NCBI GenBank assembly: GCA_021613535.1
Contig: CP075496.1
Span: 4,340,001-4,404,000, forward strand
Origin: Adineta vaga
Lineage: Eukaryota; Animalia; Rotifera
DNA: 64,000 bases
Reading direction: 5' to 3'
The translations under genes were made by a program, and so were the position numbers. Below are positions 27,201 through 39,307 of the stretch, in pieces. Below the pieces are notes generated by a model. That model was not told where the DNA came from. It saw only the letters and a list, made by a program, of their open reading frames with translations, and did no database searches. Within the stretch, counting starts at the first letter, position 1. Each line of letters opens with the position of its first letter.

Positions 27201-27512
27201 CTGTCTGTCTTTTCTTTTTCTTCTTCTTCTTCTCTCTATAGCTGCTATTGCTCAGAGCGAAGGGAGGGAGAGAAAGAGAAAGGGAATTCGATGATGATGT
27301 CTATTCTATGGCATCGCACACATCTAGAGAAAGAGAGAGAAAAAAAAGAAAGCTAAAAAATCAGTATACAAGAGAGAAGAACGCACATTACCAGTTTTTT
27401 CTTCTCTTCTGTTTTATAGTCTCTCTTCTCCCATCTGCCAACTGTGTATGTCTCGGCAATAGTTAATGCTTATTGTAATATTACGACAATTGACAAGTTC
27501 TTTTCTTCGACA

Positions 27513-30500
27513 ATGTTTATGAAATTAGTTTTTATTTTCAATTGTTTTATTTATTCAATTATACAAGCCACTAAAGAAGGTAAAATAAATTGAATAATAT
27601 TTAATCTTGTTCTTAATCTTCATCTCTCTCTCTATTTCGTTCTCGTTTTTTCTAGTGGTTTTATTAGATACACGAGAAGCTCGTGATTATTTAAATTGGG
27701 ATAAAACATCAACAAATGGAAATTTAAATGATGGTTGGGGAGAATTAAGTTTTGAAGCTAAACTATTTCCAACACTTCTGTTATCATCATCGACATCAAC
27801 ATTATGGCGTACACAATATGTATGTGATATAACATCCGAACGTCACGTCGATAATTGGTTGCGTTCACCATATTTTAAACGTCAACAAGCACAACGTATT
27901 GAAATTGAATTAGGATTTTCTGTTCGTGACTGTTCAACATTTCAAACCCCTAATGAAATACGTTCATGTCGAGAAACATTCGAACTCTATATTCATGAGA
28001 GTGATTATGAAGATAATGATTTTCTTTGGTCATCGTATCAACTCGTTGATATCATTGCGGGAAATCGTTTTACATCAAATAGTTATGGAAGTCAATCATC
28101 ATCGGCAGCAGCAGCAGCATCATCATCATCATCCAGTGGAAATAATTTAACAGTGAATGTTAAAACACGTGGGATTTCTATAAATAAAAATGGTTTTTAT
28201 ATTGCATTTCGTGATCAAGGTGCATGTGTATCATTATTATATGTGAAAATTTTCTATCGGCTATGTGAAGATACAACTGTTGGTCTTGTACATTTTCCTG
28301 AAACACCAGCAGGTGCACATTTGACTGATATTGTTGAACGTCATGGAATTTGTACGACAAATTCAAAAATGCTGAATAAACCATTAGGTTTTTGTAAAGG
28401 AAATGGTATTTGATTAACAATTATTAATAATTTGTTTTTGTTAATTCTATTCATTATTTTTTTAGGAGAATGGGCTTTTCAAGAAACATCATTACGTGAT
28501 AGTTGTCATTGTCAAGACGGTTACGAACTTCTTATTGATAATAATAATGCTATGAATAATGGTCTTCTATCTCGTGCCATTTGCAAGGGTAAGTACATAA
28601 AGTTGTTCGAGATTAGATCAAATTAGCTTCATTCAAAATCATGTCATTGATGGAGTTGTTCGATATAATAGGTAGTTGAAACTTGTCAAAATAACATGTC
28701 TCATTCACCCTTGAGGATAGCATATATATATATGCATATGTATACTCATTCAGGTGACCTTCTTTTTAATTCTATATGCGTGTATGAACATTCATTGTCG
28801 TTGGATTGTCTATCTGTATAATTAACTTTGACTACTGTCCCTTATTTCTTTTTTTTTTCTCATTTTACAGAAGAATGGAAACGGTCGACATTCATTCACC
28901 TGTCGCACACCTTTTTTTCATCCGCCCTCATTCATTGATATACATATACATGGTCTAACGAGCTTGTCAACTCATACATACACCATCTGTGAGAAACAGA
29001 CAAAAAAAAAGTATCCATTTTGACCGTAATCATTGCAACATTAGACACGATAGAAGAGAGAAAGAAGGGAAAGAATAAGAATAGAAGTGTATTTATGAGT
29101 ATACATCCACTTCAACGAAAGAAATCAAAAGAAACAACAGATGGTATCCATTTATCTAAAAAACAAATTTTACTTTGTTTTTTTAAGCGTGTTCAATTGG
29201 AACTTTTAAATCGACTATTAGCAATAATCAACGATGTGAACCATGTCCATTGAATAGTCATACGAAAGATAGAGGTGCATCATCTTGTATATGTAATGAT
29301 GGATTTTTTCGTCTCAATACTTCGTTATTGAAATCTCCTTGTATTGGTAAATTATTGTCTTATATTATCATTTCTTTTTGGAAAGGGAAAAAAATGCCAT
29401 TTTAGGTAGTCCAACTGAACCACAAAATGTCACTGTAGATGATATCGATCAAGCATCCGTGAAAATATCTTGGAAACAACCAATTGAATATTCTAATGAT
29501 ATTGTTTATCGTATTGAATGTAATCATTTAATTGAAGGTCGATCAATACCTTGTGAATCTTATATATCATATTATCCAAATCAAACATTCATAAATAATA
29601 CCAGGTATTTGAATAGAATAATACAATTTTCAAACAAAGAAATAATGAACTTATTTTGTTTTTCTAGTGTACAAATCTTAGGTCTTGATGCTGATACAAA
29701 TTATAATGTTGAAGTCTATGCTGAACAACTTTCTACACATTTATTGAGTAAATCTGTTGATTTATCATTTACAACCAAACGACCAAGTAAGAAACTGACA
29801 AGTAAACATAACTATTTTTAATTCACTTTCTTTAGTACCAAAATTAATTCGTGATATTAACGTTCGACGTATTTCATTGAATACAATTTTAATTACTTGG
29901 TCATCGAATGATTTTGATCTCTTTCAAATCCGTTATTGGCCATTAATTAATGAACATCATAAATCTCTTGTGACATTATTACATAATAATTTTACATTAA
30001 TAACAGCATCTGATAATTACAAATTTCAACTACGTGGACGAACACGTTTTGGTTGGAGTTTATATACTCATGAGAAAGTTCTTTCATTAAGTTCTATCTT
30101 AATTGATGAACAATTTCTAACCAATGCAAAACTAACTAATATGTCAACAAAAATGAGTGAAAATAAAAATATTCTTCTCATTGGTCCATTGATTATTCTG
30201 GCTTTACTCGTTACCGTTATTATCTTAGCAATTATATATTCGAAAAAGTAAAGGATAATAATGATATAAGTATTCTTTAAATAAATCAGTTTTTCTCTTC
30301 GATTATATAGAAAACGTTCATGTCGTTTAAAAACTGCCAGTGATTGTGAATCATTAGATTATCAAAAACGGCAAGGTCAGTATTGAATTTTCTCGCCTTT
30401 TGTTTTCATTTCTTGTGTGTAATTGATGGGTAAGTGGGATCATAGTAATTACAGGTGGCTATCGGCCAATGATGTTACGCTATACAAATAATCCAGCAAA

Positions 30501-32695
30501 CAAATCTGTAACTCCATGTAAAAAATTGTTGGCCTTTGTAGTTTGCATCTCTCATTGCTATGCTTATATATATATATATATACAAACACACACATAACTA
30601 CATATGTATCTTGCTTTGTAGACATTACATTTCCTTTTAAATACGCTGCTTATCTTCTTCTTCTTCTTCTTTTTTAGTGAGTGGTCATTATGGGCCTGAT
30701 GTATTCTTCAATTCTGGCTGTAAGTGTATGCTTGTATTCTTAAATTATTCGATTAATCACCGGAACTCTGTCTTGCTTATTGTCCTTGACATTTTAACTT
30801 GAAGGCGAATACAAAAAAAATGCGAATGATTTTTTTTTCTTCATTTCCTCTCTTATAAAGATAATCAAGATAAATATTTTAGCTTCATATAATGATTATA
30901 CATCTTTTCAGGGTCAGCACCATTATGGCCTCCAATTCCAACCACAGCAAAGACATATATTGACCCACATACAGTTTGTTTTATTATAATTATTTAAGAA
31001 AATGACTATTTTGTTTTGTTTATCTATATAGTATGAAGATCCAACGAAAGCAGTGAAAGATTTTTCAAGAGAATTAGATCCAAATTTAATCGTCATTGAA
31101 TCAGTTATTGGTGGAGGTATGTCTATTTTTGAATTGGAATTCAATTATCTATGCGTGTTAGTTAGTAATCTTCAAGTTATGATTGCGTCATCGTATGAGC
31201 GTGTGTATGTCGTTTCTTCGTTGATTCAATTTTCATTATTCGCATGTGAGAATAAGGCATGACCCGGAACAGAATAAGAAAGAAAAGGAAGCTTCCACTT
31301 ATTGATGTGCATTCGATCAATCAAGAAGAAATGCTTCTATCATTATTACTACATAGATGTATGCCTTACGTAAATTCATTTAACTGATGAGAAAAAACGT
31401 CTGTCGAGAGACTATCATCACGTCATAGATCATTGGGGAGAACGAGAAGAAGAAGAGATTGAGAAGATAATTGAACATTACTTTCCCTGGAAGATAATAT
31501 GTGTCACTTGTACTATCATTAACTTTGTTTTGTTTTGTTTCTATTACAGGCGAATTTGGTGATGTCTGTCGTGGTAGACTACGTAAACCAAATTTAATGA
31601 AAGATGTACCCGTTGCTATAAAAACATTGAAACAAGGTGCAACTGAAAAGACACGCTTAGATTTCTTATCTGAAGCGAGTATAATGGGACAATTCGATGA
31701 TGAAAACGTCATCTATTTGGAAGGTGTTGTTACCAAACATCATCCAATTATGATTGTAACAGAATATATGGAAAATGGTTCATTAGATGCATACCTTCGA
31801 GTAAGTAAAGAATGTTTCAAAGAAAAATTACCGATCAACTTGATATTTAGGCAAATGAAGGAAATCGTTTACTTGATGCATTACAATTAACTCGTATGTT
31901 ACGTGGCATTGCTTCTGGAATGACATATTTATCTGAGATGAAATATGTTCATCGAGTAAGTTAGAAAGCAAATAATAATGAAGAAATGCAATTGATAATT
32001 GAAATATTTTATAGGATTTAGCCGCACGAAATATTCTTGTAAATAAAGATCTTGTATGTAAAGTAGCTGATTTTGGTTTAAGTCGAGAAATTGATGAAGG
32101 TGATAGTTATACGACTAAAGGTGGTAAAATTCCAATACGATGGACAGCTATTGAAGCAATTGATTATCGAAAATTTACATCAGCATCTGATGTTTGGAGT
32201 TTTGGTGTACTTTCTTGGGAAGTACTTTCATTTGGTGAAAGACCATTTTGGAATTGGTCAAATCAAGATGTAATTAAAGCAATTAAAAATTATTATCGTC
32301 TACCACCTCCTATGGTTTGTATTATACAAAAAAAGAATTGTAATCATTACTTAATATCAATATTTCTAGGGTTGTCCCGATGTATTATATCGTTTAATGC
32401 TCACTTGTTGGAATGAAGATTATTTACAAAGACCGAAATTTGCAGAAATTGTTCAACAACTCACACAATTTATTCAGATACCTAGTCGACTTGTTCCATT
32501 AGCAAAACAAAGGTATTTATACTCATATAAAGTACAATTATTAAATTATCCTTAATATTTCGCTTTATTTGATGTTTTTCAAAATTAATAATTATACATA
32601 ATGAATATCTTCCTCATAGATTCTTTGTCGATCATCCTGATCATCCCGATTTTACTCAGGTGATGTCCATTAACAACAGTGTGACTATTGTTTAA
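27513..32695 (+). CDS. Eph: Eph receptor tyrosine kinase (SAM domain not found)
   Basis: Signal peptide exon ([22 protein letters not shown]|V), ligand-binding domain ([10 protein letters not shown]...FSVRDC...SCRETFELY...[15 protein letters not shown]), Cys-rich region, two FN3, TM helix, juxtamembrane YIDPHTYEDP and kinase (GGGEFGDV, VAIKTLK, HRDLAARN, DFG, IPIRWTA). Confidence 0.95.
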
Positions 32696-34165
32696 CGGAA
32701 TCCTACCGTTTCAAGGAAACAAAAATGCCATTGATCGTAGAAGTACAAAATTATGCAGTCGAAAATCTTTTCTTGGCGGAAGAAATCAGAACACATACTA
32801 TTGTATTAAATTATTTTTTAAATAATGTCAAAAGGTGATAAAGAAAAATAAATTAAAAAAGAATTATCTAAAAACCTTACATGTATACGTCGCCGACGAT
32901 AATGGTACACGATATTGAAAAGATTATATCATCCTCTTATGTGTTCATATGGAGAATAATCTCCTAACAGTGATTTGCGGTGACTGTTGGATAATGTACT
33001 TTTCTATGATCTTTTGTATCAGCTTGATTCTAACTGGTTATTGATGGTATCTATTCGTGTGTATTCTAGTGATATTGTCTATAAAAATTGTTTTTCTTCA
33101 TGTTCACATTTTTTCTACGCTTGCTTTTCTCGACATCGTTTTGAAGAAAAAGTCATTTCAATGTTGAATAAATCGTACTCAAAGAATCATCGAAAAAACT
33201 ACAGTTATCTCTGTTCGATCGATAGACGTTTTGTTTTTGCCGGTCATTTGTTGATAAGACATTGTGAAAAGAATAATGTACCATTGGAATACTTGAAACT
33301 TAAAAGCAATGTATATATTCGAAGGATCAGACGATAAGTAGAAGCTTAGTCTTGATTTTCGAGGGATTATATACGATAATGATTATTTTAATCTTCATTC
33401 GTATATGTGTGGAATTGAAAGAAACTGACATTCTTATATAATAAACATGTCTGATATTCTTCTATTTGACTAAATATCATTGTATCTATTCTTATGAATT
33501 GAGAAGAATTAGGATTAAAATTTAATCAGAACTGAAAGTAATGAATAATATCGAGCAAGAAATGTCATGCATTATCTTAACATACGTGAAAATATGTACA
33601 ATGAAATTAATGAGAACGTGAATGAAATGAATGATCGTTAGCTTTTTTTTTCATATGAAATGTTTTATATGAGATCCATGAGAACAAGGTCATCATATCA
33701 CTATCGAGATTAATTCTTGATTCACTCATTCATAGCGGTGTGATATATCGATGAATTTTAGAAAAACGTTCTTGAACTACCGACACGTTTTCTACCTTAG
33801 TGGTAGAGCAAGAATCATTCTTACACATCAAACAACTTTGAATTGAAAATATTGATTAGTATTCTGAATGAAGAATAGTATTATTCATATCATACTGAAC
33901 ATTTCTTTTATGAGTTATTTCATCTGAATCTAATTACAAATTCCAAAGGATATATGCGCAAAATAAATCTCTTCCTCAGTCCCAAAGGCATATGTTCATC
34001 AGCATCATCTAATATTTTGACGAAAAATCTTGATTATCAAAGAATCACGTACGCAATCATTGTTTGCAAGATTAATCTTTTGAAAAAGAGCAAAAAAAAG
34101 TATTTCTAATGATACAGAAAAAAAAGGAAATTTAGAATATGCATAAAGTAATACGGGATTTTTCT

Positions 34166-34798
34166 TTAACAACTCTTCCTCATACTTGGAGTATTTCTTT
34201 CCGTAAAATCTGAACCAGCTTGTAGAACAGTCACACTTGGAATATCATGCGTATAAGAAGCATGTTGTGTTAAATTACAATACCATGTATAAGGACCATG
34301 TTCTCTAACTAAACATCCTTTTAACCAATGTGATTCACATGATATACTTGTTCTTTGTTCCAACTCACTACATGTTGACCAAACTAATTGGTTTTCTTTT
34401 GTATACAAAAGAATATTCCTTTCATTTAAACCGGAAGGTACTGTTAGTTGTTTTAATTTACTAGCAGGTCCACTTATTTCCAATAGACGTTGACGACGAC
34501 CATAAAATAACATTTCAGTTTTCCAAGAACTTTTTATCGATGGAAAGATAAAACAACAATGATTGATAAAACGAATCTTTTTAAATGATGGTAATGGTAC
34601 TGTTGATGACATGTATGAACGAAAATCAGCACGTAAATCACTTTTAGTTGGTTCAAGATTAACAAGAAGAAGTTTATTTGTTGCTTCATGACCAAAATAT
34701 TCTCGACAAGTGCTACTTCGACGTGCACCACCTGTAAACCAACTGTTTGATAAATTCGAAAAGATCAATAAATTCAATAGAAATAGGAACAATCTCAT
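34166..34798 (-). CDS. Uncharacterised secreted Cys-containing protein (210 aa)
   Basis: Single ORF with signal peptide MRLFLFLLNLLIFSNLSNS; several Cys and Trp. Confidence 0.75.
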   Translation of the reverse strand: MRLFLFLLNLLIFSNLSNSWFTGGARRSSTCREYFGHEATNKLLLVNLEPTKSDLRADFRSYMSSTVPLPSFKKIRFINHCCFIFPSIKSSWKTEMLFYGRRQRLLEISGPASKLKQLTVPSGLNERNILLYTKENQLVWSTCSELEQRTSISCESHWLKGCLVREHGPYTWYCNLTQHASYTHDIPSVTVLQAGSDFTERNTPSMRKSC

Positions 34799-35042
34799 GA
34801 TGAATTTTCGTTTGGCTTTTTTTTTCTTCGTAAAATGAATTTATGCGAATACAAACACAAAACAGACGATATAATAAAAGGGGGAAAAGTTAATAAAAAA
34901 AAGAAGAGAGAGAGAGTGAGATAGAAAAATGATTCAAACAGTTGCTATTCATTAACATTGTAATCGAGTATAGAAAATTTATATATATATATAAGCAAAT
35001 AACAGCAGTATAAATGATTTGTCTTTCTTCTCAATTTCAATT

Positions 35043-35590
35043 TTAGACGATACGACTCTTGCGATTACGAGCGACTGCTTCACCAATATAAACTACTGCA
35101 CCAATGAATGCAATAACAGCAGCAACAACTGCATCTAAAAGACGAATTTATTTGTTAATAAAACTTTCCACAAAAAAAACAAAAGATAATTCTTACTATG
35201 ATAATTAGAATCGCGATAGTAATGACTCCAACGATTGGCAGTAACTGCTGCTCCAATACCAAAAATGATCAATGCAATAGCAGCACCAAATGCAAAAACA
35301 ATACGAAGTCGATTGAGAGGTGCCAAAGTTCCATCGGTAATTAATAATTGTTCAATGAGAAGAAAACTAGTAATACTCAATACTAAACGCATCAAACATG
35401 AAAAGAAAATGAATGAAATAGTTTATACCTCAAAAAACTTACATATAGGGAAAATAATCGAATAACTCGTATGATAACCGTACCACGTAGTAAAGGCCCA
35501 GCCATTAATTTGGCAATGAATAACACCTACAAGGGTAATGACACAAGCTAATGCCATTAAAATGATGATTATACGTCTAAGATCAGTCAT
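35043..35590 (-). CDS. Small four-TM membrane protein (MARVEL/claudin-like topology)
   Basis: MTDLRRIIIILMALACVITLVGVIHC... / ...RIVFAFGAAIALIIFGIGAAVTA... / ...AVVAAVIAFIGAVVYIGEAVARNRKSRIV*, joined by short introns. Confidence 0.65.
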
Positions 35591-36817
35591 TCTTAATTAA
35601 TTATAATTCTTATTGAATGAAACGTGTATCTGTTTGAGTATGGCTGTGAATATCTGTTCGACAAATGCTTCTATTTTTGTTCTACGTCGATATGTATATA
35701 TATCTACCAAACTATATATTATTCACCATATACGACTCTACACTGACAGAACAATATTAATAGAAAAAGATAGAACCAACTATTTTTCTCCCCAAGAGAG
35801 ATACTAGTAGGAGAGGAAAAAGAACGTTCGTCGACTAATGCAATTCTCTTTTTTTTCTTGAATGCATTTCATGGCTACTATTTTTTTTCTTCCGTTGTCA
35901 AGAATAGCTGTTTATTTGGCCATGGATTATCTAAACATACTGAAAGATGATGGTAGACTCCTTTGCAAAAGTTTATAGAGATAACTAGGCGGTTATTCTG
36001 GAATGAATATAACCAATATATAGACTAAAATAGAACGAGAAATATCAAAGTAGAATGATTGTTTACGGTTATTCTTCTTACGGCTCATTATAGAAACTTT
36101 GATAGACAGCTTCGTTAACTAGATAAACAATCATTGATACAATTCTTCTATCGACACAAAAAAATGTGACTTGAATAAAGAAATAGTAATAGACATACTC
36201 AAGTTAATTATATTGTTCATCGACTATATTTATTGCTTTCGAATTAATAGTTATTAAAATTGATTGATTTCATTTATGTAAACATAGTGAAGACTAAAAG
36301 AACAGATTGTTATTCAGACGATAATTCTACAATTGTCAATTAGCAAAATTAGAAATAGTTATATGCTTTCTTACCCAATTATCTTCAATTATATATATTT
36401 CATAACATATACAAATATAAAAGCATATTATAAGCTATTCATACATATTGTAAATGTACTATCGGCATAATATCATTTTTTTACGACTAGGAAAGGTTTA
36501 TTAATTAGTTTGTTTTATTCTTCTGAGAAAATAGTTAAATTTCTTCTTGAGATACAGTTGACCTTGTTTGTTGAAAGTAAAAATTATTATCTATGCTGTT
36601 TTCCATCAATAAAACCAAATCGAAATAAACTATCTATTATCTCGAAAATAATATCAGACGGAAATAGTCTGGTTGTATTATCTCATGCTGTCATATGGTT
36701 GACATATTATATCTATATATGCCCTTGAAAGATGTTAACGATCGTATGTTTCATGGTCACTAGTACAATTGTTTTGACATTGGATTGTTCGGTATATTCT
36801 AGATTAGTTAGAAAACA

Positions 36818-37706
36818 ATGAAAAGTTTTCTTTTATTAATCTTGATTTTATTTGTTATTTCAATTGAAGCAAAAAATCTCTGTCGCTTTCCCAAAACTTG
36901 GAAAACGTATGATTAAACATTCAAATTTTCTAGGTTTTCTTCTAGTTTTTTTGTTTATCTAGTCGGTATGATTTTGATTATAAGAAACGTCAAAATGAAT
37001 GGGCAACAACCAATACTAAAACAGATTATTATAAATTAGTTCTTTCATGGACACCATCATTTTGTAAAGAATTACCATCATTACAACGAAATCGTAGTTT
37101 TCAATGTCAATATAATGACTTTGGTTTAATTGTGTAAGAAAAATATGTTTATTAAAAAACAAAACAAAAAAATGAAAGAAAATTTAGACATGGTTTTTGG
37201 GCACAATCACGAACTGCAAAAACTCTTAAAAATCATCCACGAAATTGCCGAAATGATAAACAATTACCTCTTTTAACAGTAGATTGTTCTTCAATTATAA
37301 TTTATTATGTTTATTGTTGTCACATCTTCTAGATCAAACAACATTTTTGTATGATGCCAGATGAATCACTTATTCAAGCTGAATGGGAAAAACATGGTAA
37401 ATATCTATCATTCAAAAAATCTTTATTATATTTAATTGTTCGTCTCTAGGTACATGTTCTTTTCGTACGGCTGAAGAATATTTTAATACAATTGATCGAA
37501 TATATTCTCAATTAACAGTTCCAGATATGAATCAAGTCTTAAGGGATCCACGTGTTGATCAATATAAAATAAAAAAAGTTTTCTTAGAAAAAAATCCCAA
37601 ATTACGTGCTAATCAAATTCAAGTTTATATGAAAGGAAAAGAACTCATCGATATAAAAATATGTTATGATCTCAAATTTAACTTTACAAATTGTTATCGA
37701 TCATAA
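36818..37706 (+). CDS. Secreted ribonuclease T2, bacterial-type, 5 exons
   Basis: Absent from the ORF track. Signal peptide MKSFLLLILILFVISIEA; DYYKLVLSWTPSFC; CAS I-like FGLIV|HGFWAQ; CAS II-like FCMMPDESLIQAEWEKHG|TC; C-terminal DIKICYD. Confidence 0.88.
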
Positions 37707-37853
37707 TAATAAAGACAAGGATCTCATTATTCAAACGTTTTTCGTGCTTTTGTTTTTCTCTATTATTAGTTTAGGAAAGACTTCAATTTTTAGTCATCTA
37801 GTTTAGAAAATAAACAAAAAAAAATGAAAACAAACTGTTCAAATTGTTTTATC

Positions 37854-38841
37854 TCAATTACTGTCATCATCGTCATCACCGTCGTCAATAATATAATCTG
37901 TTGAATCAATCTGTTGTTGAATTGTTTGATCATAATTTTGTAGAATATCTATCAAATAAGAGGGTGTAGGAAGATTTCTTGATGATAATTGAGATTGTTG
38001 TTGTGCTGATTGAGTTTGCATATTAAGAAAAGTAAATTTTATTAAATAATTATTACTATGATTAGGATCACGAACTAAACCAAAGGCTTGATCAAATATT
38101 CCAACAAATGTTCCATGTTGATGTATAGTACCATGAATTTGAATAAGTACAAGACCATGTTTCGATTCTTCTGCTTTATTTGATTGAATATTCGGACAAA
38201 AACGTAAATCTTGACTAGCAACATATGAACGAAGAGCATCACAGACATAATAAGAACCTGAAATTTGACGACGATTTTCATGTACAAGTGTTAATCCACA
38301 ATCGGGAAAGAAATGATCAGGTGTAAATGTATTCAATGTATTCCAAGACGTATAAAACCATTCAGTAAATTGATGTGATAATTGATGAATACTTGGTAAA
38401 ATCATAGGTGCTGATGGATTTGAAGGTGTCGATGATGATCCACTATTCCAATAATCAATTATTCGTTTAATTAATCGAACCTAGAAAATGTTTCTATTGA
38501 AAATTGTTCTTCGTTTTCTATATCACATACTTACCTTATCAGAACCTGCAATAACCGGTATGGATTTTCTTGCTAGATATTGCATAAGAATATCTCTACG
38601 AATCTTTTTCCGTCGTAGTAACTGCATTGCTGATTGAGAACATTTCAGACAAGCATCAATTGCTTCAGCTTGCTAGAAAAATTGAAATCCAAGAAGTTTT
38701 CTATCATAAAAAAGTTCTTGTCGACATTACCGTATTGGTTTGAATCATGGATTTTGTTACTGTATCTTTAACTGACATTAATTCTTCATCAGTTAACATA
38801 GAAAGAAGTTCTTGTGCGCCTAATTGTTCGAACTTATTCAT
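37854..38841 (-). CDS. C3orf38: C3orf38-like protein (NTF2-like C-terminal domain), 3 exons
   Basis: MNKFEQLGAQELLSMLTDEELMSVKDTVT...LLRRKKIRRDILMQYL...QFTEWFY...HGLVLIQIHGTIHQHGTFVGIFDQAFGLVRDP matches the remembered C3orf38 pattern. Confidence 0.82.
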
Positions 38842-39307
38842 ATCTAAAGAAAAAAAATATTACCTAATTAAAAACAAACGCATAAACATATAAATCCGGA
38901 GAATGTCTTGAAGATTTCTGTCTTATTCGAAAACTAAAATATCGAAAATAATAGAAAAAAAACTGAAAAGAATACGAGATTCTTTTATTTAATTCTTTCA
39001 AATAAATATCGATATATTTGTGTGTTTGTTTAACTTCTTCTTCGTCTTTTTACCAGAAAACAAATAAATTAATACGAGATAACCATGATCCAGAAGGAAA
39101 AATCGATTTGTTTTCTTCGTCTCTCTGTAATATAACAAAAATTCTATGAACGTAATGTTTAAAAAGAAAAATTTTTAGAAATCAAACATAAAATCACAAT
39201 TTAAGACGAACATAAAACATCAAATGAATAGAAATAAAAGCAAAGAAAAAACGAATACAAAGAAAACTGAACGAAATAAGAAGAATTCATTTGAAGTTTA
39301 TTTGGTT

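Noticed and set aside
21766-27466. Many short ORFs in the track
   Set aside because: Low-complexity translations of AT-rich and microsatellite DNA, many with non-ATG starts and no motifs.
32987-33337. 116-aa ORF after Eph as a possible divergent SAM exon
   Set aside because: Only a vague WL...Y resemblance; lacks the LGI/V...GHxKKI SAM signature.
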